A stretch of 64,000 nucleotides of DNA, taken from the NCBI GenBank assembly GCA_963799845.1, contig CAWCYI010000004.1, positions 1,152,001 through 1,216,000 on the forward strand, given 5' to 3'. A model generated the notes under the pieces. It was given only the letters and a program-made list of their open reading frames with translations, did no database searches and was not told the DNA's origin. This document shows, one piece after another, positions 38,908 through 50,231 of this stretch. Numbering within the stretch: position 1 is the stretch's first letter; every line of letters starts with the position of its first letter. A program made the position numbers and the translations under genes. The stretch is from an uncultured Nitrososphaerota archaeon. GTDB taxonomy: Archaea > Thermoproteota > Nitrososphaeria > Nitrososphaerales > CADDZS01.

Positions 38908-40818
38908 CTAAGGACTATTGGAACTTGTTGATGGGGCTGGTGGGGTGCTAGTTGTTGCTTTTGGTTTCCTTCTCATTAACAAAGCAACTGCCACAACGAT
39001 GATTATGATTACGATCACTATCCCCGCGATTAATGTGGAGCTGGTTGTCGTGGACGTCGACGAGGAAGAGCTCGCAACTTGGGTTGTTGATTGAGAGACA
39101 GAAGTCGTTAATGGACTGCTGGACGAGATTGCTGTCGTTATTCCGCTAGTAGTTGGAGTTACGGCCGTGAAGAAGTTCTCAGCCATCGTTGGAAAATAAA
39201 ACGTCTGATAATTCAGGGCGTTTGTGAGAGCAGGTTGGTAGCCGCTGAATGCCTGCGTGTTATACGCAACATATTGGGGTAACACTACTATTGTACTGAT
39301 TATCGAAAAGTTTGCAAGGATGAATTCGGATTGTTTGAGTTCTTGCAGACTCGAAGTCGCGTTGACATCGTGCAACGCAGTCTGGAATATAGTGTGCCAT
39401 GTTGTGTAGGTGGATGTATTTTTCCATTGAAGTGGCAGATTTACTGGATTTCGCATCCATTTGTAAGGAGATGGAAAATAGGCTTGATTCGACAGTATCA
39501 TTTGGTAGACGCCCGTGCTGAATATATCATTTGTATCCGTTGTGTAATCGACTATCTTTGAATTCGCTTGCAGTCCAATACTTTCCATCGAATTTACTAT
39601 CATTTGATCAGCTCTTACGAAATTCGGGTCATTATTCGGGGCCTCGACATTTACGGTCGGGACAGTCCCATTCGGAAGCTGCCATTTTCCAGCAGAATTT
39701 AGAGTCAACCCTGCTTCTTTCAGAAGTGTCATCGCTTGGCTGGTACTGTAATTGAACTCGGGAGCGCTTGAACCTGGCCAATATTCAGGTACAGCTTGGG
39801 GTAAAAGGGCGAGAGAGTTCCCAATGTTAGTCTGGTTATTGTAAAGCTGCGAATCGATTTGGTACTTTGGTATCAGCGTCATTAGCGCCTGTCTGAAGAA
39901 GGTGTTGTTAAACGGAAATCCGGTAGGTTCAATGTACGCGTACATCTGATTAATGCTGGGAATTTGATCGACTTTGAGGAACGAAGTCGTGTTCAGGGCA
40001 CCCTGGTCGCTTGCAGTAATTACGGCCACATCAACAGAGCCAGCAGCTAGCGCGTTAACGAGGGGTTGATCTTGAGTAAAGAATTGCAGGGTAATCGTAG
40101 AAACTTTCGGAGAAGAACCATTCCAGCTAGGCGAGGACGGATTGGGAACTAGGGTCATCGAATTTCCGGTTCCAGTGTAGTTTGATGGAATGTAAGCGGT
40201 ATCGCCCGGGCCGCCGAGTATCGAGGTTGTTCCAAGAATATTGTTACCAGTAAATTGTTTGTAATAATGCCAAGGATAAATCTGGTACAGCCAAGTCAGG
40301 TACAAAAATAATGGATCGGGAGCTGCGGTTTGTAGCATTATCGCGGTTGAGTTTACAATCGTGATATTGCTGACAGTCCCCTGTACATTACCCCAGACAT
40401 CGACCGCTGATAGATTTGCATATGGTCCGGTTGTCAGGTAGATGCCGTAAGAATAAGCCAGGTCACTTGAGTTTATTGGAACGCCGTCAGACCACTTCAT
40501 ACTTGGCGATCTCAAATTAATAATCCATTGTGTATCGTTAGATCCAGCTACAGGAGTTGGGATATCACATAGATCAGGATGAGGAGTCCCAGAAATTCCG
40601 TAAGTGTAACAATACAAATACGGTATCTGAGTAATCGTGTTGTCGCCGCCCCAACTTGTTGCTGTTTGAAGCCACGTAGTTGGTGGATTTGTGGGCACGC
40701 CAACAACTAGATTGCTCGTTGATTGAACAGACGAAACAGGAATCGCCGAAACGATCGAAAACATAACGGACATTGCAAACAAGAAGATCAGCGGGATAAG
40801 TCTCAGGTTGGAATTCAT
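38908..40818 (-). CDS. Family 5 ABC substrate-binding protein with C-terminal Ser/Thr linker and TM anchor
   Basis: Signal peptide, KWSDG.P...D, PFNN..FRQAL, C-terminal hydrophobic helix followed by RRK. Confidence 0.88.
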   Translation of the reverse strand: MNSNLRLIPLIFLFAMSVMFSIVSAIPVSSVQSTSNLVVGVPTNPPTTWLQTATSWGGDNTITQIPYLYCYTYGISGTPHPDLCDIPTPVAGSNDTQWIINLRSPSMKWSDGVPINSSDLAYSYGIYLTTGPYANLSAVDVWGNVQGTVSNITIVNSTAIMLQTAAPDPLFLYLTWLYQIYPWHYYKQFTGNNILGTTSILGGPGDTAYIPSNYTGTGNSMTLVPNPSSPSWNGSSPKVSTITLQFFTQDQPLVNALAAGSVDVAVITASDQGALNTTSFLKVDQIPSINQMYAYIEPTGFPFNNTFFRQALMTLIPKYQIDSQLYNNQTNIGNSLALLPQAVPEYWPGSSAPEFNYSTSQAMTLLKEAGLTLNSAGKWQLPNGTVPTVNVEAPNNDPNFVRADQMIVNSMESIGLQANSKIVDYTTDTNDIFSTGVYQMILSNQAYFPSPYKWMRNPVNLPLQWKNTSTYTTWHTIFQTALHDVNATSSLQELKQSEFILANFSIISTIVVLPQYVAYNTQAFSGYQPALTNALNYQTFYFPTMAENFFTAVTPTTSGITTAISSSSPLTTSVSQSTTQVASSSSSTSTTTSSTLIAGIVIVIIIIVVAVALLMRRKPKATTSTPPAPSTSSNSP

Positions 40819-40942
40819 TGATACGATACCCGCTAAGGAAGGTATTATTATGTTTATGTTTTATGCTGATTTAGGCGTAAGTCTTCAGTTTGTCCAAATT
40901 CGATGTCGAATCACAGATTTCACAAAATGGGTTCTTTTGGAA

Positions 40943-41941
40943 TCAACCGGTGCCTCTGACAAAACAGGAAACAGAGCGTTCAGGTTTTGCTATTTCAAGT
41001 CTGGGTCTTGAATCAGCGCATTTTTCAATCGCGAGGGGACACCTGTTGTAGAATTTGCAACCCTGGAGATTCGGTTTGACCTCTCTTGTCTTATCCTGGT
41101 TCGTGATCCATGACTGATCTCCCTTTAGTTTGGGAGCCGACCTTAGAAGAAGTTCTGTGTAGGGATGAAGTGGGAAATTGATTACACCCTGCACTGGTCC
41201 AAGTTCTACTATTTCTCCTCTGTACATCACTGCGATTCTGTCGCTGATGTATTGAGCAACGGCCAGATCGTGCGTTATGAACAATACTGTGAGCCGAAAG
41301 TTCTTGTTCAGGTTAACGATCAGATCAAGGATACCTGCCCTGAGACTCACGTCCAGCATTGAGACCGGCTCGTCCGCAACCAAAACCTGCGGCCCGACGA
41401 CAAGCGCTCGGGCTATCGCCAGTCGCTGCCGCTGACCCCCGCTGAGCTGCGTCGGATATTTTCCTTCCAGTTCCTCGCTGTTGAGACCGACCCGCCCCAG
41501 AGCTTCCGCGATTTTTTCCATTACGCTTGCTTCATCTTTTGCGATCCCAAATTTCTTTACCGGGACCGACAAGGTGTCGTGGATTGTAGCAAGCGGGTTG
41601 AACGTGCTGTAAGGGTCTTGAAAGATCATTTGAGTCATCTTCCAGAGGTCTCGCAGGCTCCTTCTGTCAAACTTTTGTTCCTGACCGTTTACCACGATTC
41701 TGCCAGAAGTTGGCCTCTCCAGACCCAAAATAGTCCTCCCGAGCGTGGTCTTTCCGCTTCCGCTCTCTCCAACTAGAGAGAGAATCTCCCCCCGTCGAAG
41801 GTTTAGACTGACCCCGTCCACCGCCTTTACGAGTTTCGTTCCGTAGTCTACCAGTCCGGCACTAGAGCTCGCTCTAAAATGCACTCTAAGGTCTTCAATC
41901 TCGATTATTGGTTCATTTTTTTCTAGCTCCTGCTGCATCAT
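40943..41941 (-). CDS. oppF: Oligopeptide ABC transporter ATP-binding protein
   Basis: GESGSGKT, LSGGQRQR, DEPVSMLD. Confidence 0.92.
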   Translation of the reverse strand: MMQQELEKNEPIIEIEDLRVHFRASSSAGLVDYGTKLVKAVDGVSLNLRRGEILSLVGESGSGKTTLGRTILGLERPTSGRIVVNGQEQKFDRRSLRDLWKMTQMIFQDPYSTFNPLATIHDTLSVPVKKFGIAKDEASVMEKIAEALGRVGLNSEELEGKYPTQLSGGQRQRLAIARALVVGPQVLVADEPVSMLDVSLRAGILDLIVNLNKNFRLTVLFITHDLAVAQYISDRIAVMYRGEIVELGPVQGVINFPLHPYTELLLRSAPKLKGDQSWITNQDKTREVKPNLQGCKFYNRCPLAIEKCADSRPRLEIAKPERSVSCFVRGTG

Positions 41942-41965
41942 GAAAATATCATCCCCATCAGCCGA

Positions 41966-42952
41966 TTACTTTTCTCTCAGCCAGCAACTCGCCCACGTTT
42001 TGTTGACGGCAATCAGCGGCGGCTCAAGAGCCTTGCATTTTTCGAAGGCGTAGGAGCAGCGGGGGCTAAAACGGCAACCCGCGATTTGCTGGGACAAGTT
42101 AGGCGGATATCCCGGAATGCCTTTGATCTTTTGCTGGCCTTCTCCAACCTCTGGGACTGCGTTCAGTAGTGCTTCTGTGTAGGGATGCATTGGATTGTCG
42201 AATATCTCAAGAGTCGGCCCCACTTCAGCGATCTTTCCGGCGTACATAACCGCTATCCGATCGGTCATCCCAGACATTATCGAAATATCATGGCTGATCA
42301 GTATTATAGTCAGTCCTAAGCGTTGCTGGAGGTCTTTCAAAGTTCTCAGGATACCCGCCTGAACGACAACATCGAGAGCAGTCGTCGGCTCGTCAGCGAT
42401 AAGGACAGTTGGATCTAAGCTCAAGGCGAGTGCAATAACTACCCTCTGGCGCATCCCGCCACTCAGCTGATGTGGATAGGACCTCGCTCTTGAGGGATCT
42501 ATGTTAACCAGTTCTAGCAACTGGCGAGCCTTCGTCCTTGCCTCTCCTGGGCTTACTTTCTTATGTTGTCTTATGGTCTCGGCTATTTGTGATTCTATTG
42601 TTTTGACCGGATCTAAAGCATTCATCGCAGACTGGAATACCATGGACACCTTTTCCCATCGATATCGCCTCAGAGCCTCTTTTTCTAGCGAAATCACATT
42701 TATCGATTCGAGCTCAATGTCGCCCGAAATAATTCGAGCATTTATTGGGAGCATTCTGATCAAAGCAAATGCCAGCGTGCTCTTCCCACAACCTGACTCG
42801 CCGACAATTCCGAAGATCTCTCCCCTTTTTACCGATACATCGATCCCCTCGAGTGCTCGCAATTCTCCTTTCGCAGTATTGTACGCAACCGTAAGATCTC
42901 GTATTTCGAGGAACGGCTCTTGCGTGGGATTTTGGGATTGTAATTCTGTCAT
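41966..42952 (-). CDS. oppD: Oligopeptide ABC transporter ATP-binding protein
   Basis: GESGCGKS, LSGGMRQR, DEPTTALD; ATG 42952 overlaps the upstream stop. Confidence 0.92.
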   Translation of the reverse strand: MTELQSQNPTQEPFLEIRDLTVAYNTAKGELRALEGIDVSVKRGEIFGIVGESGCGKSTLAFALIRMLPINARIISGDIELESINVISLEKEALRRYRWEKVSMVFQSAMNALDPVKTIESQIAETIRQHKKVSPGEARTKARQLLELVNIDPSRARSYPHQLSGGMRQRVVIALALSLDPTVLIADEPTTALDVVVQAGILRTLKDLQQRLGLTIILISHDISIMSGMTDRIAVMYAGKIAEVGPTLEIFDNPMHPYTEALLNAVPEVGEGQQKIKGIPGYPPNLSQQIAGCRFSPRCSYAFEKCKALEPPLIAVNKTWASCWLREK

Positions 42953-43806
42953 CTCGCGACTCTTCCCGCCTGCTCGGCGCCGTAGCCCAGTAGAATGAGG
43001 CCTGTGCCAAAGATAGCAATCATGAATCCAGGAGGCAAAAACCACCACCACATCCCCCGGAGTAGCGCGTTTCGACTCAGCGCAAAGTAAAGCATGATCC
43101 CCCAACTCAAATTGTTAATCGAGCCAAGCCCGATAAAATCTAGACCTGCTTCTATGACGACGGCAGTAACGGCAGAAAAAACTCCGTAAGATAAAATCAG
43201 AGACAGCTGATTCGGTAGTAGAACGGTAAACATGATCTCGAGGTCGTTCATACCGCTGAGGCGAAGTGCGTCCACAAACGGCCTGCTTTTCAGAGTGAGA
43301 GTTTGAGATCGTACGACTCTTGCGGTCACTGGCCAAGAAAGAATTCCGATTATCAATATGACAAGATAGACGCTCGACGGAAAAAGGGAAGCGACAACTA
43401 TCAATAAGGGAAGCAGCGGCAAAACAAGCACGACGTCTGTCGTTCTCATGAGGGCCTCGTCAGTTCTCCCGCCGAAGTACCCGGAGAAGAGTCCCACCAC
43501 AACCCCGAGTAATATTGAAATTGCTCCGGCGAAAAAGCCGACAAAAATCGAGCCTCTCGAAGCCCAAAGTAGCTGACTGAAAATATCCTCTCCGATATCG
43601 TCTGTGCCTAGTAGGTGGGAAGACGAGATCCCTCCATAGTGCGGGCCGACGTTCGGTTTGTTTGGGGGATAGGGTGCAATAAAGGGAGCAAATATTGCTA
43701 TCAGGACAATAGCTGCAGAAATAGAAATTCCCACCTTGCCGGGAGTGGATTTCCAGACGAGCAGGAAGCTCGTCCGAGCCTTGTCGAAGAGCGTTGGCAG
43801 TTTCAT
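42949..43806 (-). CDS. oppC: Oligopeptide ABC transporter permease
   Basis: HLLGTDDIG.D, ARVVRSQ.L, WWWFLPPG. Confidence 0.92.
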   Translation of the reverse strand: MKLPTLFDKARTSFLLVWKSTPGKVGISISAAIVLIAIFAPFIAPYPPNKPNVGPHYGGISSSHLLGTDDIGEDIFSQLLWASRGSIFVGFFAGAISILLGVVVGLFSGYFGGRTDEALMRTTDVVLVLPLLPLLIVVASLFPSSVYLVILIIGILSWPVTARVVRSQTLTLKSRPFVDALRLSGMNDLEIMFTVLLPNQLSLILSYGVFSAVTAVVIEAGLDFIGLGSINNLSWGIMLYFALSRNALLRGMWWWFLPPGFMIAIFGTGLILLGYGAEQAGRVAR

Positions 43807-43813
43807 TATTGTT

Positions 43814-44827
43814 TCAGTATTCCACTCGAGGGTCTAGGAACACGTAAGCAAAATCTGCAAGAATATTTGCGACAATTACGAGAATGGAGGAAAATAAGAA
43901 AATGCCTTCGAGCAGTGGGTAGTCGCGATGGATCGCCGCCTGTTCTATCAGGAAACCCATTCCAGGATACGAGAAAATTATCTCTACCAGATACGCCCCG
44001 GATAAGATCGCTCCGAAACTAAGCGCAAGGTTAGTCACGCTTGGAAGCAAGGCATTTCGAGCTGCATGCCCTAAAACCAGCGTTCTAGTCTTCAACCCCC
44101 GAGCCTGGGCCGCCATCATGAAATCTTCGTCAAGCACGTTAACCATTGAGTTGCGCATGACCAGCATGTAGAGGGGCAGGTTCAAAATTACCAGAGTCAA
44201 GATCGGAAGAAAAGAGTGCCCGAGGATGTCAACGATCGCTGACGGGCTCAATCCCGTGACCTGGCCGTTTGCGACAAGCGCGGGCGGAAAAACGTGATAC
44301 TTAATTGCGAAAATGTAGATCAGAATGGTAGCCAGCCAATAGCTCGGTACTCCCCACATGAAATTTGAGATTCCAAACATGAACGAATCAATTTTTGATC
44401 CCCTGTGCCACGCGAGCCACGCTCCCGCAAGGACTCCACCCGACCACGCGATTAATTGAGAAACACCGACCAGTAAGAGCGTCCAGGGGAGCGCGGCTGT
44501 AACGATAGTCCAAACCGAAAGAGGGTAGTAAGAGAACGAAACTCCGAAATTCGGAGGAAAAGACCCGAACGTTTGCCGGACGTAGATTTCAAATTGCTGC
44601 CAGAGAGGTTTGTCAATCCCGAGGATGTTGATGATTTGTTGCCGCTGTTGCGGTAGTAATTCTGAAGAGGCAAGAGCTGCCACAACATTTCCAGGTTCCA
44701 GTCGGGGAAGAATGAAATTGATAACATAGACAATGAAAAAGACCAGTACTGCGGCAAGGATTCTCCTTTTGAGATAGGAAGATCGCAGCTTTCCTCCGAG
44801 GCGATCGTTCAACCTTAGTCTATGCAT
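43814..44827 (-). CDS. oppB: Oligopeptide ABC transporter permease
   Basis: YLKRRI, MRNSM..VL.ED....A.ARGL, EIIFSYPG.G, LDPRV. Confidence 0.92.
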   Translation of the reverse strand: MHRLRLNDRLGGKLRSSYLKRRILAAVLVFFIVYVINFILPRLEPGNVVAALASSELLPQQRQQIINILGIDKPLWQQFEIYVRQTFGSFPPNFGVSFSYYPLSVWTIVTAALPWTLLLVGVSQLIAWSGGVLAGAWLAWHRGSKIDSFMFGISNFMWGVPSYWLATILIYIFAIKYHVFPPALVANGQVTGLSPSAIVDILGHSFLPILTLVILNLPLYMLVMRNSMVNVLDEDFMMAAQARGLKTRTLVLGHAARNALLPSVTNLALSFGAILSGAYLVEIIFSYPGMGFLIEQAAIHRDYPLLEGIFLFSSILVIVANILADFAYVFLDPRVEY

Positions 44828-44951
44828 AACCCGCTGTTGGCACTCGGCATCATCTGCCTTCTGTTATATGCCTTGCCGGGAAAAGTATTGTGAAAAAAGA
44901 CGCGGAGTTTAGATAAGCATAAACTCGATTTTTGAAATATCCCGAAGTGAA

Positions 44952-46063
44952 ATGCAAGATGACATTTTGAATGAACTTGGGTTCAAAAAAATAATCAATG
45001 CGGCTGGTCATTACACGGTTTTTGGAGGATCTCAACCCTCATTTCAAGTCAACCAAGTCATGGACAAAGCCTCCAATTACTGGATCGACATGAATGAGCT
45101 GCAAAAGAGCGCGGGACGTTATCTTCATTCAGTATTAGGTTGTGCGGATGGTATGGTTACGGCCGGAGCCTACTCTGCGCTAATAATAGCTACGAGAGCG
45201 GCGATGTTGAACAGAAACGTTACGAAACCCCAGGTGATTATCCAAGTACCCCACGTCACAAAGTACAGCGAAGCTTTTAGGGCAGCTGGGCCGATCTGAA
45301 GGAGATTAGAAGAATTTCGGAATCGGACTCAATTTTGAACTATGTTGACGGTTCATCGGTTGCGCTCAGCTACGTAATATCTGAGAAGGATTACGAATTC
45401 TCGCTGTCAGAGACGGTGAAAGCGGCTAAAGATGCGGGAATTCCGGTCATCGTAGACGCATCGCTTGTCGATCCGCCGATTGAGGGAATAAAGCAGGTTC
45501 TAGCCTGCGATCCTGATCTCGTGGCTGTCAGTGGAGGGAAAGGGCTTAACGGGCCAAACAATACTGGAATCTTACTGGGCAAGTCTCCGCTTCTATCAGA
45601 GGCCCGAGATCAGGGCTTCCCAAACTATGGAATTGGAAGGGGGATGAAAATAAGCAAAGAGCAAATCGCGGGCATTTTGACAGCGGTAAAGATGGCTTCC
45701 GAGATTGACGAACAGATGCTCGTCGATTCTTGGAGAGCGAACATCGACTCGATAAAGAGCCGAATAATTAACTACCCTCAAGTCAAGACTCGTGTTGAAT
45801 TTCCATGGAATCTGAACATCCCTCAGCCAATTCCGAGATTGTATCTTTACGTGGGAGAGGGGAAAGACGGCGAGCTCAAAGCAGAAAAGATTCGCGAAAA
45901 TCTGAAAAATTCAAATCCTCCAATAATTACACGTCGGCCTTCGGATTCAAATGCATCAGCAAATACGATCATCATTGAGGGGCGGTGCTTGAAGGGCGAT
46001 GATTACGATGTTCTAATTGAGAGGCTTAATTCAAACCTGGAGCTTGTTCTGAGCGGTGCATAA
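44952..46063 (+). CDS. Second SelA-like PLP-dependent enzyme; apparent frameshift near 45290
   Basis: LG.KKIINAAG..T.FGGS; IPVIVDAS, SGGKG..GP..TG, GRGMKISKEQI.G. Confidence 0.8.
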
Positions 46064-46095
46064 TTCATATGAGATAGCTAGACATTCCAAAAAAT

Positions 46096-46917
46096 TCAAG
46101 GATGTAGAATCGCTTCGCCCTGTTTTAGAACCACAAATCTAGTCTTGTCAAGAACGGCCGGATATGAGAGCCTAGCGACTCGCCCGACCTTTTCTGGATC
46201 TTCGAGGGCAACATCCCACTTGTCGAAATGATGAGGAAGAAGTATCTTCGGTCCCAAATCGATTGCAGCTTTAACAACATCCGAGGGCGAATGATACCAC
46301 GTCCTTCCCACCGGGTTTCGCCCCAAATTGATTATTGCAATGTCTATTTTGAAATTGTCTGCCAACTTGCTATACATTTCGGAGTTGTAGAGGGAATCAC
46401 CGTTGTGAAGAATGTTGATTCCTTCAAAACTTACAACGTAGGAGTTTGAGCTAGAAGCGTTGGGATCGTCGTTGGGCGCGGAGTGGATGCTAACATCGCC
46501 GAACTTGGTGCTCTGAAATTTGCTGCCATCGAGTTCCACTATTTTATCGCGAAACAAGCCCCATGAGTTCAGTCTTTCGCAAGAAGATCTCGGCCCAACG
46601 AATGTTCCCCCCTGCTTCAAAATCCACGTGGCAGAAATCTCGTCGCAGTGGTCTGTATGCTCGTGGGTAGACAGGTATGCAGTTTTAGTTTTTATTTCTG
46701 TGATATCAAAGGGCAGGAAAACATTTCGTTTCAGGTCCAGTGCAGGGGCATTCCCACTCTCCGGGAGATGTGGATCAAATCTTGCGGCGTCCAGATCAAT
46801 AAATATCGTAGGCTGATCGTGGAATTTTATCGAAAACGACGACCCTCCCAAGAACCAAAGTCTTGCAGACTTTTGTCGTGGATTATCTCGGTCAATATCT
46901 TGGTATATCAATTTCAT
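46096..46917 (-). CDS. MBL-fold metallo-hydrolase (UlaG-like)
   Basis: THEHTDHCD, HNGDS, PHHFD. Confidence 0.85.
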   Translation of the reverse strand: MKLIYQDIDRDNPRQKSARLWFLGGSSFSIKFHDQPTIFIDLDAARFDPHLPESGNAPALDLKRNVFLPFDITEIKTKTAYLSTHEHTDHCDEISATWILKQGGTFVGPRSSCERLNSWGLFRDKIVELDGSKFQSTKFGDVSIHSAPNDDPNASSSNSYVVSFEGINILHNGDSLYNSEMYSKLADNFKIDIAIINLGRNPVGRTWYHSPSDVVKAAIDLGPKILLPHHFDKWDVALEDPEKVGRVARLSYPAVLDKTRFVVLKQGEAILHP

Positions 46918-48218
46918 TATATTATCAGGTCGTTCATCGTTTTCTCGATTTCGTAATAAGAGTCTTGGGAAATCGGCGTGAAATTTGCTTCGTAGTCGAG
47001 ATTTCGATAGGATTCTGGAGTCGCGAAATATCCCAGATACCCGTTCCCATAACCTGAGATAAATGTATGTTTGTACGCCGAGTTCTTCTTCAAATTCATC
47101 CCGGTCTCGGATAGTATCTCGCCTGGAGCCCAGGTGAGGACGAATTGTTTGTCCTCTCCAAAATATACTGCCCCGAATTCCATTTCGACCGAATCTGGGA
47201 GAGTGTCCTGATTAACGTCGAGAGTTTGAACCCACATTTTCAATCCATAGAGTGCTAGTTCCAACCTGCGTTTTTCGACGAGATTCTGCGTGTTGTCTAC
47301 TATCCGGATTGACATTTCCTTCATGAGCTCCAATGTTTCCTCCCGGTCGGGGTGTGATTTGATTTTCAGTCTTACTTGCCTCGAACTTGAACTGAGAGTG
47401 AGATCGTTGAAAAACTCGTGTTCTGGTTTCGAGACAGATTCAATTATTGCCCCGCCGATTGTGTCGCCGTATTTGATTACATTCTGATACGTCCTATGTG
47501 GAGAAAACTCGTCTCCCAAAATCTGCCTGATACTCACATCGCCGCACGCACCCGTGATACAATTGGATTGATCAATATCGAGAACTTGAGAAAGCTTTCT
47601 CGATACAGCTCCCGGGAAATCGGCTGAGTAGGAGGTATTGTGCAATCCGAGTATTGTAGGATGATTTTGCTGATTGAATAGTAGACAATTTCCTCTATTC
47701 TCGTTCGTCTTTATGAAAAGGGATGAGACCGCGTTATCGATCTTCTTCGCGGGATCGTTTCTATTCGTATAAAGACCATTCAAATCTGCCGAGCTAAATG
47801 TTATTGATTTGACCCGCTTCTCATTGTTCATAGCCTGGAGCAACGACCACTGAATCGATTCTTTCAGTCTTCGCAGAAATTCCTCGATTTTTTTCTCCTG
47901 ATTTCTTTTCTTGAACCACCTCACTTGCCAGCAGTTCGTTTCTGGAGCGGTATGATCGTGGGTGGCGAGAATGATTATGTTTTTTCTCGGGATTCCATGA
48001 GACTTGGAGAATTCATTTCGAACCTCATCACAGAGATCTTTTCCAACCCCAACCACATCAACGCTTGCGATCAGAATCCGCGAGTGATGATCTGAAAGGG
48101 AAATTGACTTCACGTAAAGTCTGTCGTGGAACCCATCCATCATAGGAGGTGGATCATGGCCCCCTGCAGGCAGACCCAATGATGGATTCAGATCCGACTG
48201 ATAAATACCGATCATCAA
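46917..48218 (-). CDS. Neutral/alkaline ceramidase-like protein
   Basis: HDRL, ATHDHTAP, NR, HPT, SADFPG, GACGD, PGE, NGYLGY. Confidence 0.8.
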   Translation of the reverse strand: MMIGIYQSDLNPSLGLPAGGHDPPPMMDGFHDRLYVKSISLSDHHSRILIASVDVVGVGKDLCDEVRNEFSKSHGIPRKNIIILATHDHTAPETNCWQVRWFKKRNQEKKIEEFLRRLKESIQWSLLQAMNNEKRVKSITFSSADLNGLYTNRNDPAKKIDNAVSSLFIKTNENRGNCLLFNQQNHPTILGLHNTSYSADFPGAVSRKLSQVLDIDQSNCITGACGDVSIRQILGDEFSPHRTYQNVIKYGDTIGGAIIESVSKPEHEFFNDLTLSSSSRQVRLKIKSHPDREETLELMKEMSIRIVDNTQNLVEKRRLELALYGLKMWVQTLDVNQDTLPDSVEMEFGAVYFGEDKQFVLTWAPGEILSETGMNLKKNSAYKHTFISGYGNGYLGYFATPESYRNLDYEANFTPISQDSYYEIEKTMNDLII

Positions 48219-48267
48219 ATAGGAACGTCTAGCTCCAAATTATCGTTTGAATTGCGGATTTGAAACA

Positions 48268-48987
48268 TCATCTACAGTGAAGTCCCTCGACAGCAACCGC
48301 GCGCACCGGGAAGCCGTCGGCGCCCTTTATGTTCAATGGAAGCGTGATCAGGAACGGTCTCGTCTCGGTAATCCGGTGGAAATTCGCCATGCTTTCTATG
48401 ATGTAGATCTCCTTTCCAAGCAACAAATAGTGGATGATCGGCTTGTCTGAATCTGGCTCATTTCGTTCACGCCTTCCAGTGTCTTCCGGTATCGGGAAAT
48501 CTATTCCGACGCACCTTACCTTTTTCTCGATGAATACCTTCGCCAGATCGATGCTGATGAAGGGGGAACCTTTGAAGTATTCGCTCGTTCCGCATTTCTT
48601 GTCCCAATCGGTCCTGATCAGCACTGCGTCATCCTCCCGGATGTTGTCGATCTGCTTGTTCACTGAATCCGGAGTCACCCCCTTTCCCGATCTATTCCTC
48701 GCGTCAAGTACAATCGCGTCACCGAGGAATCTTTCGACCGGCATCTGGTCGATGGTCTTGCCTCCTTTCAGCTCGTGATAGAAGGCGTCAATATGCGCAG
48801 TGTACGGAGTGTGAGTGGGAAGGGAGATTTTTTGCATCGAGAAATTATCGGTTGCGTGAGTGAAAAGGGGAGTGATGCTGAATGCGTTGAAGACTCTATC
48901 ATATCCTTCGTCGGCATTTCGGAACGCGGCAAATTGTGCGGAGACTTTCTCATCGATTGGGAAACTCAGGTCAACTACTCGTATCAT
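48268..48987 (-). CDS. Cyclase/kynurenine formamidase family protein
   Basis: DLS, H...AHIDA..H, GID, H..LL, IIE, GADGFPVR. Confidence 0.85.
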   Translation of the reverse strand: MIRVVDLSFPIDEKVSAQFAAFRNADEGYDRVFNAFSITPLFTHATDNFSMQKISLPTHTPYTAHIDAFYHELKGGKTIDQMPVERFLGDAIVLDARNRSGKGVTPDSVNKQIDNIREDDAVLIRTDWDKKCGTSEYFKGSPFISIDLAKVFIEKKVRCVGIDFPIPEDTGRRERNEPDSDKPIIHYLLLGKEIYIIESMANFHRITETRPFLITLPLNIKGADGFPVRAVAVEGLHCR

Positions 48988-49108
48988 CGGCCGAAATCCA
49001 AATTTGTCTTCAAGATTTTTTATTTATGACTTGTCGGAAAACTCCAAAATACCCAAACACTAAATAGAGTTCTCCGATTCGCATTCGAACATAGTTGCTG
49101 TAAATCAT

Positions 49109-50224
49109 ATGAGTGCTCGTGTTCTAAAAGTTGGAGTCCTCGGTGCAGGAGCCTGGACGAGAGGTGCTCACATTCCCGGATACAAAAGAGATCCGCGATT
49201 TGAAGTCGTGGCAATATGCGATACCCAGATTAATCTTGCCAGAGATACTGGGGAAGAATTCAAGATCTCGTTCGTAACCGACGATTACACCCAGGTTCTC
49301 GCCAGAAAAGACATTGATATTATAGACGTGTGCACTCCGTCGCACACTCATTTCAAACTGACAATGGATGCCCTTGCTGCGGGGAAACACGTCCTGTGCG
49401 AAAAGCCCGTGGGCTACGACTTTCACGACACCCTGATAGCTCGAGACTTCGCGAAATCCAAGGGGCTCAAGACCAAGGTGGGGTTTACTTTCAGATACAG
49501 CCCCGCGATGAGGTACATGAAGGAGTTGATAAACAGCGGATACATCGGGGTGCCGTTCATTTACAACGGCTACGAGCAAAACTCCCAGTGGATAAATCCC
49601 CAGACGCCCCTTCGACAGGTCCCAGATCCGTTCGCAGATCAGTCGAAGATCCAGACATCTTCTCTTGAGGGGTACGGGGCTCCAATCATAGACTTAGGGC
49701 ACTGGTTCATTGGGTCAGATCTGAAGCGAGTTGTAGGCACGATGCGCAATTTCATCCCCGAACGGGTGGTCAGGCAGACCGGTAAGATGATGAGGATTAA
49801 CCTGGACGATGGCGACATATTCATCGGCGAGTTTGCAAACGGGGCTCTCTGTTCTATTCAAACATCTTTTGTGACCGTTGGCAATTATCCGGGTCTGGAG
49901 GCTCGAGTCTACGGCAGCGAGGGGGCGCTGATCTGCCGCCTAGTGGAAGAATTTGGTATCTGCGAAACCCTGAAGGGCGCAAAGCCCGACTCGGTCGAGT
50001 TTAAAGACATCGAGGTACCCCAGCGGCTGTATCCGCCTGGTGGCTCGTCCAGAGAATCGTGGCGTACTCTATTTTACGCAAACCTTGTCTCAAGCTTTGC
50101 AGACGAGATTTTGGGCAACAAAGAACCCGAAGGGGACTTTGGCGACTCTGCCTGGGTCTCGGAAGTCATCAACGCCGTCGAAAAGTCGTTCTGGGAAAAA
50201 CGCTGGGTAAATTTACCTCTTTAG
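49109..50224 (+). CDS. Gfo/Idh/MocA family oxidoreductase
   Basis: GVLGAG, CTP...H, GKHVLCEKP, GF..RY.P. Confidence 0.92.
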   Translation: MSARVLKVGVLGAGAWTRGAHIPGYKRDPRFEVVAICDTQINLARDTGEEFKISFVTDDYTQVLARKDIDIIDVCTPSHTHFKLTMDALAAGKHVLCEKPVGYDFHDTLIARDFAKSKGLKTKVGFTFRYSPAMRYMKELINSGYIGVPFIYNGYEQNSQWINPQTPLRQVPDPFADQSKIQTSSLEGYGAPIIDLGHWFIGSDLKRVVGTMRNFIPERVVRQTGKMMRINLDDGDIFIGEFANGALCSIQTSFVTVGNYPGLEARVYGSEGALICRLVEEFGICETLKGAKPDSVEFKDIEVPQRLYPPGGSSRESWRTLFYANLVSSFADEILGNKEPEGDFGDSAWVSEVINAVEKSFWEKRWVNLPL

Positions 50225-50231
50225 CATCGAC